Source: a virus (taxonomy: Duplodnaviria; Caudoviricetes). From it: a stretch of DNA of 64,000 bases. The position numbers and the translations under genes were made by a program. The notes under the pieces were generated by a model that saw only the letters and a list, made by a program, of their open reading frames with translations, did no database searches and was not told where the DNA came from. Location of the stretch: IMG/VR virus record IMGVR_UViG_2873258297_000006, positions 1 to 64,000 of that record, one strand, 5' to 3'. Every line of letters starts with the position of its first letter. The first letter of the stretch is position 1. This document shows, piece after piece, positions 53,056-63,627 of the stretch.

Positions 53056-56000
53056 ATGTCCTTCCTCGTCGCGTCCGGTCACGTCCAAGTCGACGCCAGA
53101 ACCCGCGACGCCAAAGACGAGATCCAAGACCTCATCCGAACCATGGGCGGCCTCAGCCCCGCCGCGCAGGCCGCCGCAAACTCGCTGAAAGACCTGGGCA
53201 AGCGGGCGTCACTCGCCGGCCAGTCCCTGGGGAGGCTGGGAGAGCGAGCCGAGGACGCCGAACGGGCCCTGGCCGGATTGCGCGCGGTCGCGGGCGATAT
53301 CCGCGTCAAGGCCGAACTCGACGACGACACCAGCGCCGGGGTGGCTACCGTCAAGGCTGCCATCGCCGACCTGAAGGCGCAGAGCCCGGTCCGCCTCGAG
53401 GTCAATTTCGACGGGGACGCCACGCAGATCACTGCTACAGCGCAGGCCATGCGGGATCTGCGTAACGATGCCCGTGACGCAGGCCAGTCCCTGACTACCC
53501 TCGCCATCCGCTCGGCCGCCGCCGCCCTGGCACTCCAGGAATTGGAGAACGCGGCGCAGGGCGCGTCGCGTGCGCTGCGTACCCTGCGGGGGCGGGCAGC
53601 GGCCACCGCGGCCGCCATGAGCGATCTCCGGGACACGACGGCGCGCGCCTCGACTGCTCTGCGGACCATCGCCAACCGGGCCGAGAGCACCGACGGCCGG
53701 CTCAACACACTCGCCGCCCGCAGTCGGGCACTGCGCGGCGATATGGACGAACTCGACGGGGTGCTGCGTCGTGTCGGCGGCAGTATGGGCGCCTTGCGTC
53801 CCCGCCTCGGCGGCCTCGGATCCTCCAGCGGGGACGCATCCGGCGGTATGCGGAAGCTGATGCTCGCCGCGAGCGGCCTGTCCACCGCACTCATCCCGGT
53901 CGCCGCGGCGACCGTCCCCATCGCAGCCGGCACCGTTGCAGCCGCAGCCGGGGTCGCCACGTTCGGGCTGGCGATCGGCCAGCAAGTCGCGGAGATGACG
54001 AAGGCCAGCGGTGCAGCCAAGAAATACCAGGACGCGGTCCGCGAGCACGGCCGCGGCTCGGAAGAAGCAGCCAAGGCGGCCCGTCAGACACAGCTGGCGC
54101 TAGCGGAGATGCCCGCTCCCACACAGCAGGCCGCAGCAGCCCTGAGCGTCCTCAAAGACGAATACGAGGACTGGTCCGACGCCCTGTCTGCGGACACCAT
54201 GCCGGTCGTCACCAAGTCACTCGGCCTGTTCCAGGCGATGCTGCCGCGGCTGACACCCGTTGTCCGGAGCACCTCGGCGCAGCTTGAGAACATGCTGAAC
54301 GTCCTCGCCGGCGGTATGCAGACTGCGGGCTTCGAGCGGTTCATGGACAAGCTGGCGGGGTGGTCAGGGGGGGCGCTCGCGCGGGCCACGTTGGGCATGG
54401 TGAAGTTCTCGCAGGCGTTGGACACGGGTGCGATCGGCTCGGACCTGGACCGGTTCATGGACTACGTCCGCGAGAACGGGCCGCTGGTCGCGGACGCGCT
54501 GGGCAATCTAGCGAAGGCCGCGGTACACCTGGTGGTTGCTGCGTCCGACATGGGTGTCAGTGTCCTCGGTGTCGTGAGTGCGTTCGCCAAGCTCGTCACC
54601 GCGATTCCGACGAGCACCCTGTCGACGATGTTGCAGCTCTATGCCGCTCTCAAGCTGGTCAGCGTTGGTGTGGGCATGGTGTCGGCCGCTGCGTCGTCTG
54701 GTGCGGTGGCGCGTCTGGGCGCCTACTTCGCGGTGATGCGCGCCGCTGGCGTGGGCCCGACGCTGCGGGCGACCGCGGCGAGCATGACGGCTGTGCAGAA
54801 GGCCAGCATCGGGCTGGGTGTGCTGGCGATAGCCGCGATCGGCATCGACAAGTTGGCGGACAAGGCGCGGGGTGCGCCACCGGATGTGGACCGGCTTGCG
54901 ACGAGTTTGAAGAACCTGTCGCAGACGGGGAAGTTCACAGGCGAGTTGCAGAAGACGTTCGGTGACCTCGACGGCTTGGTCGAGAAGGTCAAGAAGCTGC
55001 ACACCGAGGCAGACAAGGCGAACAACACGGCGCTCGGGTTCCGTATCCCTGGCCTCGACGACACAGCCGACTGGATCGCCAGCAAGATCAACGACGTGTC
55101 GAAGGGCGGCGAGAGCCTCAACGCCCTGAAGGACGACTTCAAGAGCCTCGACGAGGCAATGTCCGGCATGGTGTCGTCCGGCTACGGCAAGCAGGCCGCG
55201 CAGGACTTCAACATGATGCGCGACGCCCTGAAGGCCGAGGGCCTCTCCATGAAGGAGATCAATGATCTCTTCCCGGAGTACCGTGCCTCGGTGGCCGCGC
55301 TCAAGGCGGAGCAGAAGCTTGCCGCGCAGGGCATGGGAATCTTCGGGCAGCAGGCCATGGAGACGAAGACGAAACTGGACGCCCAGAAGGCCTCGGCTGA
55401 TGGCTTGCGGGCGAGCCTCCTGGCCCTGAACGACGTGAACCGGTCTGCGCATGACGCGCGGATCCAGTTCGAGGCGGGCATCGATGCCCTCACCGCATCG
55501 TTCAAGGAACATGGCGCGACCTTGAATGAGGACACCGCGGCCGGCCAGGCGAACGGTCTGGCTATGTCGCAGGCGGCTAAGGGTCACGACGAGATGCTCG
55601 CGACGAGCCTTGCCGCGGGCGAATCGCTGGAGTCGATGACCGGCAAGTCGGACAAGCTGCGCTCGACCATGATGCGTCTGGCGACGGAGGCTTTCGGCGG
55701 GAACAAGAAGGCGGCGGAGGAGTACGTCAACAAGCTCCTTGGTATCCCGTCCGAGGTCAAGACGATGATCAAGGCGGAGCGGGCGGAGGCTATCGCTGGC
55801 CTTGAGGCGGTGCGAGCGGCGATCCAGAAGACGCCGGGGGCGAAGACAGTCAAGGTCGACACCCTGAACGCTGCCGCCATCAAGGCGCTGGAAGCGGTCG
55901 GGTACAAGACCAGGACCCTGCCGGACGGCCGCACCGAGGTGTTCACGAAGAACGGCCAGGCCATCGGCAGCATCGGCGAGGTGAACAGGGCCCTGTCCAA

Positions 56001-57450
56001 CCTGAACGGGAAGACGGCGAACACCTACGTCAACAGCTACTTCACGTCGATCTACCGGGTGAAGGGGACTGCGCCGGGCGACAAGGGGTACGGGGTCGTG
56101 GCTCCCGGACGCGCTTCAGGTGGTCCGATCGGGTTTGCTGCTGGCGGCACCCCGGGCGGCCGGATTGCTGGGCCTGGAACCAGCACGTCGGACAGCATTC
56201 CGGCGATGCTGTCGAATGGCGAGTGGGTGATCCGCGCGGCGGCCGTGGCGAAGTACGGCGACGCGTTCATGGCGGCAGTGAACGACGGCCGCTTCCGCCC
56301 GCCCGGCTTCGCGAAGGGCGGCAAGCTCACCGAGAAGCAGAAGGCCGCGATCAAAGCGGAGAGCGACGCCAAGAAGGGATTGGCCTCCGACTTCGGCATC
56401 AGCCACTTCGGCACGATGGCGGGCTACCAGCGGGACCCGTTCGAGAAAGCGCTGGGCGTGCCAGCCAGCGTCAGCGACCTTGTCTCCAACTTGAACAAGG
56501 TGAGCGGGCAGATCAAGGCGGCATCGCACGGCAAGACCGAGTCGACGCTGCTGAAGAAACTGGACTCCTCGGGTAAGGCGCTGATCGCGAACCAGAAGAA
56601 GCTTGAGGGCGTCAACAAGGCGCTCGAAGGGGCGAAGTCGAAGCTCGAGGATTTGAAGGGCAAGTTCGACTCGCTCAAGACCAGCGTCGCCTCCTCGCTG
56701 GTGTCCTTCGGCAACATCACGAAGATCGGCAAGTACGGGACGTCACCGGACACGCTGATAAAGCAGCTCACCTCGGACGCCGGACGCACCACCGAGTTCG
56801 CCAAGCAGCTTGAGCAGCTGAAAGCAAAGGGCCTCAACGCCCAGTCCATCAGCGAGATAGCACAGGCAGGGATCACGGGCGGCGGCATGGCCACAGCCCA
56901 GTCCCTCCTCAACGCCACCCCGGAGCAGATCGCGCAGATCAACGCCCTGGAGAAGCAGCTCCAGACGTCGGCCAACAAGGCGGGCACAGTCACCGCGGAT
57001 GCCATGTACGGGGCTGGCATCAGGGCCGGCGAGGGCTTGGTGAAGGGGCTCACCGCCCAGCAGGACAAGATCGAAGCCACGATGATGGCCATCGCGAAGA
57101 GCATGGAAGCCGCCATCAAGAAAAGCCTTGGGATCCAGAGCCCGTCGAAGGTGATGGAACCGATCGGCGACTTCGCCTTCCAAGGAGTCGAGCAGGGCTG
57201 GGTCAAGCGGCTCGCCAAGGGAAACACCCTGCTGTCCGGGAACGCCGCAGCCCTGCGCATGCGCCCCGCCCTCATGGCGGGTTCCGGCGCGGCCACGACT
57301 ACGGCAGGGCCGGGCGTCGTCGTCCACCTCAACCCCGTGTTCAACACGATGACCCTGCCGGCTCCGGCCGAACGCAAGGCGTTCGCCGTGGCGATGGCCA
57401 GGGATATCAACGACGCGTTGCTCGACTACCAGAAGCAGCGGAGGCGCTGA
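53056..57450 (+). CDS. Tape measure protein
   Basis: 1464 aa, Ala-rich helical, central hydrophobic stretch, GPGT.TSDSIPA.LSNGE.V motif. Confidence 0.9.
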   Translation: MSFLVASGHVQVDARTRDAKDEIQDLIRTMGGLSPAAQAAANSLKDLGKRASLAGQSLGRLGERAEDAERALAGLRAVAGDIRVKAELDDDTSAGVATVKAAIADLKAQSPVRLEVNFDGDATQITATAQAMRDLRNDARDAGQSLTTLAIRSAAAALALQELENAAQGASRALRTLRGRAAATAAAMSDLRDTTARASTALRTIANRAESTDGRLNTLAARSRALRGDMDELDGVLRRVGGSMGALRPRLGGLGSSSGDASGGMRKLMLAASGLSTALIPVAAATVPIAAGTVAAAAGVATFGLAIGQQVAEMTKASGAAKKYQDAVREHGRGSEEAAKAARQTQLALAEMPAPTQQAAAALSVLKDEYEDWSDALSADTMPVVTKSLGLFQAMLPRLTPVVRSTSAQLENMLNVLAGGMQTAGFERFMDKLAGWSGGALARATLGMVKFSQALDTGAIGSDLDRFMDYVRENGPLVADALGNLAKAAVHLVVAASDMGVSVLGVVSAFAKLVTAIPTSTLSTMLQLYAALKLVSVGVGMVSAAASSGAVARLGAYFAVMRAAGVGPTLRATAASMTAVQKASIGLGVLAIAAIGIDKLADKARGAPPDVDRLATSLKNLSQTGKFTGELQKTFGDLDGLVEKVKKLHTEADKANNTALGFRIPGLDDTADWIASKINDVSKGGESLNALKDDFKSLDEAMSGMVSSGYGKQAAQDFNMMRDALKAEGLSMKEINDLFPEYRASVAALKAEQKLAAQGMGIFGQQAMETKTKLDAQKASADGLRASLLALNDVNRSAHDARIQFEAGIDALTASFKEHGATLNEDTAAGQANGLAMSQAAKGHDEMLATSLAAGESLESMTGKSDKLRSTMMRLATEAFGGNKKAAEEYVNKLLGIPSEVKTMIKAERAEAIAGLEAVRAAIQKTPGAKTVKVDTLNAAAIKALEAVGYKTRTLPDGRTEVFTKNGQAIGSIGEVNRALSNLNGKTANTYVNSYFTSIYRVKGTAPGDKGYGVVAPGRASGGPIGFAAGGTPGGRIAGPGTSTSDSIPAMLSNGEWVIRAAAVAKYGDAFMAAVNDGRFRPPGFAKGGKLTEKQKAAIKAESDAKKGLASDFGISHFGTMAGYQRDPFEKALGVPASVSDLVSNLNKVSGQIKAASHGKTESTLLKKLDSSGKALIANQKKLEGVNKALEGAKSKLEDLKGKFDSLKTSVASSLVSFGNITKIGKYGTSPDTLIKQLTSDAGRTTEFAKQLEQLKAKGLNAQSISEIAQAGITGGGMATAQSLLNATPEQIAQINALEKQLQTSANKAGTVTADAMYGAGIRAGEGLVKGLTAQQDKIEATMMAIAKSMEAAIKKSLGIQSPSKVMEPIGDFAFQGVEQGWVKRLAKGNTLLSGNAAALRMRPALMAGSGAATTTAGPGVVVHLNPVFNTMTLPAPAERKAFAVAMARDINDALLDYQKQRRR

Positions 57451-58655
57451 TGCCGCAAGGCGACTGGGGAGATCTCAAGGTCGGCAGGCTGCTGCTGCGC
57501 GAGACCTTCAAGGAAGGCGAGTCGGCCGGTACATCGCGCACCCTCGACCTCGAGGGGCAGGAGTCGTCGCCGCCGCTCACCCGCACCGAGCTGGTGTGGC
57601 GGCACGACAACATCACCGCCCTCGAGTCCGGCTGCGTCCTGCCGTTGACCTTCACGGACAAGCCGGAACGCAACTGCTACGTCAACGTCGACTCCGTCAG
57701 CGCGGACTACACCGAGTACCGCACCGAAGTCGTCACCAGCGACTGGAAGCTCAGCCTCACCCGCCTCGGCTCGGACGCCGAGGTCGACCTGCAGAGCAGG
57801 CTCACCGGCGCCATCCGCGTCAACGACTTCTCCCTGACGGGGGAGCGCTGGCATGCCCCGCCGATCGGCCACTACGGCTACCAGACCGGCACCAGCAACC
57901 CGACGATGATGACCCGCACCGGCGCCGACGGCGCCATGACCGTCTACCGCAGCATCCCCACCGGGGCGTCACCGCGCTGGGGCTGCGCACCAAGCAGCTA
58001 CCTCAACGGCCGCGTGCGGCTTACCTCGAACGGAACGGAGCTGTGCGGCGTCGACCAGTCCCTATCGCCGACCGGATGGGCCCTGACGAACGGCCTGGTC
58101 AATGTCGCCATCGCGGCGTCTGCCTCGTTCGACGTGCAGGCCTACACGGGCGGGGCGTGGCACAGCAAGCTGTGGAACGTGTCCGTGGCAGGGTCCGCGT
58201 CGTCGATCACGTCGTGGGACGGGGCCACACTGCTGCGCAACGACCCCGAGCACGTCATCCTCCGGCTGTCCAAGGGCCTCAACCCCGGCCGGGCCACACT
58301 GGATCTGACGCTGCGCCGCGGCTCCCGCACGGTCGAGGGCTACCTGCAAACCACCACATCGAACACCCTCGCCGCCTACCGGTCCACGCTCGAGACGAAC
58401 ACGTCATTCGCCGCATCCGGCTACGTCGTCGCCACCAGCAATGACGCGGACGGCAACAAGTTCGCCTGCGGCTCCGCGCGTACCTTCGCCGCGCACACCA
58501 ACGGCGGCGTGCAGAAAGCGGCGTCAACCACCCTCGACTTCTGGATCGGCGTTGCCGCAGGCGGCAGCAGCGCCGTATCGGGCGACGCGGCAACCGACCT
58601 GCGGAACATGTACATCGCCTGTCTACCGGAGACGATCTATGCGGTGAGGCGGTGA
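57450..58655 (+). CDS. Distal tail / minor tail protein
   Basis: Immediately after the TMP gene (TGATG), beta-rich. Confidence 0.7.
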   Translation: MPQGDWGDLKVGRLLLRETFKEGESAGTSRTLDLEGQESSPPLTRTELVWRHDNITALESGCVLPLTFTDKPERNCYVNVDSVSADYTEYRTEVVTSDWKLSLTRLGSDAEVDLQSRLTGAIRVNDFSLTGERWHAPPIGHYGYQTGTSNPTMMTRTGADGAMTVYRSIPTGASPRWGCAPSSYLNGRVRLTSNGTELCGVDQSLSPTGWALTNGLVNVAIAASASFDVQAYTGGAWHSKLWNVSVAGSASSITSWDGATLLRNDPEHVILRLSKGLNPGRATLDLTLRRGSRTVEGYLQTTTSNTLAAYRSTLETNTSFAASGYVVATSNDADGNKFACGSARTFAAHTNGGVQKAASTTLDFWIGVAAGGSSAVSGDAATDLRNMYIACLPETIYAVRR

Positions 58656-58658
58656 CCG

Positions 58659-61526
58659 GTGGCTGTCAATGACGTACTCGGCGCACTCGGCTCCTGGGAC
58701 CTCACCCTCAAGCCGACCACCCCACCCGACACGTGGGACGCCATCGGCTACTTCGGGCACGTGGCGTTCATCTCCGGCCGCCTCGACCCAGCCCAATACG
58801 GCGACAACCTCCTCACTGCGGCCCGCTACGTCGGAGTCGTCCGTGAGCGCAGCAACAGCGGCGACGACCGGCGCACCAAGCAGGTCGAGCAGGGCTACGA
58901 GCTCGGCGGCGTCGGCATGGCCATGTGGCTCGGCGACGACGAAGACAAGGGTGACGTCTACGAGAACGCCGTCCAGCCCGCCTCGGCCAGCTTTGCCACC
59001 ACGATCAACATGCTGCTGCCCGCGTCCGGCGCCGTCACCGCAGGCACGATCTACGCGGTGCCCGGCAACTACTCCGGTCGGCACCAGTACGAGACGCCCC
59101 GCAAGGCGATCACCTACGTGTGCGAGACGTTCACCGCCTCGTCGGGACAGAAGGTCGGCTGGCGCGTCAACGGCAACGGAACGCTGGATGCTGGACCCGA
59201 GGCGAACCTTTTCGTAACCGATCCGCGGTGCGTGATCTCCCGCAAGACCTCAGGCAAGGACACATCCGGGATCGAGTCCGTGCCGGGCGCCTTCGGGGTC
59301 AGCCGCGACATGGAGGACTTCAGCACCCGGGTCGTCCTGCTCGCCGAGGGGGAGGGGGAGTCGATCGCCACCGGCTCGGCGGACATCTCGGGCGGCCTCA
59401 ACCCGTACAAGGACATCCACGGTGGGACGCTCAAGCTGACCCGGCTGGCGAGCGAGTCGGATACCACGGTCACCAACGCCGACACCCGGGCCGCCCTGCT
59501 GCTGTCGCAGTACACGGCGTCGCAGGACGAACTCGTCGTCGAGACCGACAACTACTACATCGAGGGCAGCTTCGATGTCGGCGACTACGTGTGGGTGTGG
59601 GACCCCAACGCCGGACTCGTCGACAACGCGAACGAGATCACGTTCCGCGGGGAGCGCCTCAACCCGATCAAACTCCAGGTGACGGAGGCCAAATGGCCTG
59701 TCACGGAGGGGTACACCGTCGCCTATCGGGACGCGAACGGCGTCTGGTACGACCTGACGGACCACGTCGAATGGGACGGCTCCCACACCGTCTACGTCAC
59801 CGTCGGCGGCTTCGCCCGCGCCCTCGAAGGATCCGGCACCCAACCCGTCGGATCACGGCCCAGCCAGGACACCAGCATCCCCGGCACACCCGTCCTCGTC
59901 ACCCCCTTCGCGGGGTCCGCCTACCTGGACGGCCGGGGATACACGAGGGCCCGCGTCATCGTGCAGTGGACGGCGCCCCTCAACGTCGACGGCTCGACCG
60001 TCCTCGACGGCGACCACTACGAGATCCGATACGCCGTCGACACCGACATGATCTACCCGGCCACCTGGTCCCAGGTGTCCCAAGTGCGATGGATGGACCT
60101 GCAGATCTGGGCGCAGCCGTTCGCGGCACCCGACCAGAAGTGGCAGGTGCAGTACGTTGCCTGGGGCGAATCCACCGCCCAACTCAACGACCTGAGCCCC
60201 GGCGTCGGCTACGACGTACAGATCCGCGCCGTCGACAAGGCCGGGAATACGGGAGCCTGGTCGGGCATCACGACGTTCGTTGCGTCCGAGGACAACATCC
60301 CACCGTCCACTCCGGCCGCCCCGTCGGTGGCTGGGTCGCGGATCGCCCTGCAGATCACGCACACGCTCGGTGTGTCGAGCGGCGGCACCTACAACCTCGA
60401 GTCGGACCTCCAGCACCTCGAGATCCACGTTGACTACGAGCCGACCTTCACCCCCAGCAACGACACCCTGAAGGCGAAGGTCAATGCCACGGCGGGAATG
60501 ATCCAGGCGCAGATTCCCGCTGTGGCCACCGTGCAGGTCGAGGAGACGTCGGCCCGCTACGTGCGCGTTGTCGCGGTCGATAAGACCGGCAACAAGAGCG
60601 GTCCGTCCGATGCGGCGTCTGCGACCGCGCTGCTCATCGATGACGCGCACATCTCCGACCTGACCGTCTCCAAAGTCACCGCTGGGGAGATCTCTGCGGA
60701 CTGGATCGTCGGCGCCCGCATCAAGACCGCCGACACCGGAGCACGTACAGAAATGAGCGCGTCGGGGTTCGAGGCCTATGACGCCGCAGGAACCCGCACC
60801 TTTTTCGCCGACGCTACGACGGGCGATGTGTCCATCCTCGGCCGCCTACGATCCGGCACGACTGGCCAAAGGCTCGACATCAACCCCAGCTCCATCCTCC
60901 CCGAAATCCGTTTCTACCCCAGCAGCGGCAGCGACTACGGCTTCATCAACGCCCTCAGCAGCGGCACAGACGTCAACCTCGGCGCCAACAGCTCGTCCTA
61001 CGACGACGACGGCGTCCAGTGCGCATCCCGCACATACCTCGCCGTCGGATCAGCTCAGTTGGAGACCATCCGCAGCGACACCCAGCAGCGGCGCGGCGGA
61101 TACGTATGGGCCCAGCCCGACGCCCTGTTCGCGGGATTCAACCGTGACGGAGTAGAGGGCGGAACCATTCTCGCCAGCGCCAACGTGGGGACCTTCGGCT
61201 GGAACGACGGCACGGCGTCGACGGCGAACCTCATGCGGTTCCAATCCGGTGTGACGCGCCATATCGGCCGCTGGCGAGACTTCGTCTCCGCCGACTCCAA
61301 TGAGGGCCTGTTCACCGGGTCGGTGGTGGCGACGTCGGGTGCAACGAGCTTCTCCGTCGGCTACGGGGCGACAATGCTCACCCAGCCGCTGCCCCTCACG
61401 TCGATCCGTGACGACGTCGTGCACTCCTACGCGATCACAGGGTCGGATACCTCGGGCTTCACCATCACCATCTCCCCGGCCGCCAACGGCGGATGGTCGC
61501 TCTACTTCTGGTGCTTCAGGATCTGA
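58659..61526 (+). CDS. Baseplate hub/minor tail protein with FN3-like domains
   Basis: 955 aa; L..GV.YDVQIRAVD..GN and Y.RVVAVDK.GN.S FN3 motifs. Confidence 0.75.
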   Translation: MAVNDVLGALGSWDLTLKPTTPPDTWDAIGYFGHVAFISGRLDPAQYGDNLLTAARYVGVVRERSNSGDDRRTKQVEQGYELGGVGMAMWLGDDEDKGDVYENAVQPASASFATTINMLLPASGAVTAGTIYAVPGNYSGRHQYETPRKAITYVCETFTASSGQKVGWRVNGNGTLDAGPEANLFVTDPRCVISRKTSGKDTSGIESVPGAFGVSRDMEDFSTRVVLLAEGEGESIATGSADISGGLNPYKDIHGGTLKLTRLASESDTTVTNADTRAALLLSQYTASQDELVVETDNYYIEGSFDVGDYVWVWDPNAGLVDNANEITFRGERLNPIKLQVTEAKWPVTEGYTVAYRDANGVWYDLTDHVEWDGSHTVYVTVGGFARALEGSGTQPVGSRPSQDTSIPGTPVLVTPFAGSAYLDGRGYTRARVIVQWTAPLNVDGSTVLDGDHYEIRYAVDTDMIYPATWSQVSQVRWMDLQIWAQPFAAPDQKWQVQYVAWGESTAQLNDLSPGVGYDVQIRAVDKAGNTGAWSGITTFVASEDNIPPSTPAAPSVAGSRIALQITHTLGVSSGGTYNLESDLQHLEIHVDYEPTFTPSNDTLKAKVNATAGMIQAQIPAVATVQVEETSARYVRVVAVDKTGNKSGPSDAASATALLIDDAHISDLTVSKVTAGEISADWIVGARIKTADTGARTEMSASGFEAYDAAGTRTFFADATTGDVSILGRLRSGTTGQRLDINPSSILPEIRFYPSSGSDYGFINALSSGTDVNLGANSSSYDDDGVQCASRTYLAVGSAQLETIRSDTQQRRGGYVWAQPDALFAGFNRDGVEGGTILASANVGTFGWNDGTASTANLMRFQSGVTRHIGRWRDFVSADSNEGLFTGSVVATSGATSFSVGYGATMLTQPLPLTSIRDDVVHSYAITGSDTSGFTITISPAANGGWSLYFWCFRI

Positions 61527-61534
61527 GGAACAGC

Positions 61535-62116
61535 ATGGACATATATGAAGTGCAAGGCGTCGAAGCGACCGCCACCACACAGGGAACCCCGATCTGGATG
61601 GTGGCGATGGGCAAGCCCGACGGCACCATCCACGCCTACGCCTTCCCGCCGTCAATCATCGAGTGGCGCATGGCCGAGTACCAGCTCGACACCGTCGATG
61701 AAGCCCTCGATATCGTGTTGCACGAACCGTGGGCGACGAACCCGCTTGACCCGCTGACAAGGCGAGACGATGCCGCCCTTCGCCAGGGCATGGTCGTCCG
61801 TGCGCCGGGCCCGGTCGTTGATTACGAGCCGATCCGCCTACACAACGCCGACACCATCGACGACGCCCGGACAGCGCACCGCATCCGCATCGCCGACGCC
61901 AAGACACGCGTGCGCGTCACCCCACCGAAGGGCAAGCCGGACCCGCTCGACATCATCCGGACCCGGCATGGCGTCACCGATGAAGGGCTGCGCCAGAAGG
62001 CGGCGCATGTTGACGCCGCACGCCGCTCCTATCGCGGCGAGGCAGTCCCGGGCGATCCGAGCCTCGCCATCGAATCGCAAGCCCGTCAGCGCCTGAAGGA
62101 GGCCACCAGTGCCTGA
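61535..62116 (+). CDS. Hypothetical tail-region protein
   Basis: GAGGA RBS, in the late operon. Confidence 0.6.
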   Translation: MDIYEVQGVEATATTQGTPIWMVAMGKPDGTIHAYAFPPSIIEWRMAEYQLDTVDEALDIVLHEPWATNPLDPLTRRDDAALRQGMVVRAPGPVVDYEPIRLHNADTIDDARTAHRIRIADAKTRVRVTPPKGKPDPLDIIRTRHGVTDEGLRQKAAHVDAARRSYRGEAVPGDPSLAIESQARQRLKEATSA

Positions 62117-63140
62117 TCCGTCCACCACCAGGTTGGCCCTGTACAAGTCCAAGTCGGACGGGTCCGAGCTGGTCAACTACACGCAGGACATCGGCCAGAA
62201 CTGGGACAAGGTCGACGCCGCCGCAGGCTTCCAGGCGGCCACCTCCAGCACCCGCCCGTCGACTCCCTACAGCGGAAAGCCGATCTTCGAGACCGACACT
62301 TTCTATCGGACGCTGTTCTCCAACGGCACCTCGCCAGCCTCCGCGTCCTGGGTGGAGATCCCCAACAGCTCCGCCACCTTCAACAACAACCTCAAGCTCG
62401 CCTCCGGCAAGCAAGTCAACATCGGCGCCAGCGGCTCCAGTGCCAGCTACACCGCCCTCCTGCCCACCGCCACAGGCGACTACATCCTCGCCAGCCGCGT
62501 CACCGCCGACTCCGTATCCCGCCTCACCATCCGCGCCGACGGCCGACTCGACTGGTCCAGCGGCGCCGCCACCCAAGACACCAACCTGTTCCGCGACACC
62601 GCAAACGTGCTGCGCACAAACGACTCGCTGACCGTCGACCTCAACCTCACCGTCTCCGGCAACATCACCGTGGCCGGTATCGGCCAGACTCTCTTCGCCC
62701 GCAAGACGGGCGACACGTCACGCGCCAGCACCACCACCCAGGCCGACGACCCGCACCTGACGGTCTCCCTCACCGCCAGCGCCACCTACCTGCTCTACGC
62801 CTACCTCGTCTACCAGGCAGGAACCACCGGCGATATCAACGTCGGCTTCACCATCCCGTCCGGCGCGGCGGGATCGTGGCAGGGCACCGGCATCGGCCGC
62901 GACGTCGTCGCCTCCGTCGGCACCGGCGGATGGACCGTCCGCATGAACGCCAACGACGTATCCACCACCCAACTCCGCTCCTACGGCGGAGACACCACCA
63001 ACCAGGTCGTCCAAGTGATGGGCATCGTCCGCACATCCTCGGCCGGCGCATTCACCGTGCAATGGGCTCAGGCTGCCATCGACGCCACCGCCACCATCCT
63101 CCGCACCGACTCGTGGATGCAGCTCACCCGCGTCGCATAG
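62109..63140 (+). CDS. Tail fibre / receptor-binding protein (putative)
   Basis: T.RL.L...DG.E.VN...NWDK.D N-terminus; T/S/A-rich beta body; AAGGAGG RBS. Confidence 0.65.
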   Translation: MPDPSTTRLALYKSKSDGSELVNYTQDIGQNWDKVDAAAGFQAATSSTRPSTPYSGKPIFETDTFYRTLFSNGTSPASASWVEIPNSSATFNNNLKLASGKQVNIGASGSSASYTALLPTATGDYILASRVTADSVSRLTIRADGRLDWSSGAATQDTNLFRDTANVLRTNDSLTVDLNLTVSGNITVAGIGQTLFARKTGDTSRASTTTQADDPHLTVSLTASATYLLYAYLVYQAGTTGDINVGFTIPSGAAGSWQGTGIGRDVVASVGTGGWTVRMNANDVSTTQLRSYGGDTTNQVVQVMGIVRTSSAGAFTVQWAQAAIDATATILRTDSWMQLTRVA

Positions 63141-63154
63141 AAGAGAGGCAGAAC

Positions 63155-63352
63155 ATGGACTACCCCAACATCGCTATCACCGCTACGAGCGCCAACGGCG
63201 AGAACGACGCCTCGGTAACCCTGACTATCGGCGGGACGCTGACCGTCGACGAGGCCGCACTCATCGACGTCGTCACGAACTACCTGCTCGGCCTGCCGGG
63301 CCTGACGACCGCGCGCGCCGTCAAGCGATCCATTGCCGAGCAAGACGTATAG
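63155..63352 (+). CDS. Small hypothetical protein
   Basis: GAGAGG RBS; 65 aa. Confidence 0.55.
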   Translation: MDYPNIAITATSANGENDASVTLTIGGTLTVDEAALIDVVTNYLLGLPGLTTARAVKRSIAEQDV

Positions 63353-63361
63353 GAGACTGCC

Positions 63362-63442
63362 ATGTCCACGTTCCAGGTCATCCTGCTGATCGAGGTCGGC
63401 ATCATCGCCATCGGTAGCCTCCTCGGCTGGCGCCGCCCCTAG
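63362..63442 (+). CDS. 26 aa single-TM peptide
   Basis: AGGAGA RBS; MSTFQVILLIEVGIIAIGSLLGWRRP; not in the ORF track. Confidence 0.5.
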   Translation: MSTFQVILLIEVGIIAIGSLLGWRRP

Positions 63443-63627
63443 CCCTGCTCGGCGACCGGCCCCGTCATCGTCGGATGCGGGTCCGGCTCGCCGTTGTGGA
63501 GGCGTTCGATCTCCGCCTCCAGCTCGCTGACGAGGGCCTTGAGGAGGATATTCTCGTCGGCGAGCTCGCCGTGCCGCTGCCGGAACGCCTTGAGCGCCCA
63601 CTCGGGGCTGATCTGCTGGGCCATCAC
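63439..63627 (-). CDS. Small coiled-coil protein
   Basis: HGELADENILLKALVSELEAEIERL; AAGGTGG RBS; GTGA coupling. Confidence 0.6.
   Translation of the reverse strand: MMAQQISPEWALKAFRQRHGELADENILLKALVSELEAEIERLHNGEPDPHPTMTGPVAEQG

Noticed and set aside
62109-63140. Diversity-generating retroelement target in the tail fibre
   Set aside because: No reverse transcriptase and no template/variable repeat pair were seen in the window.
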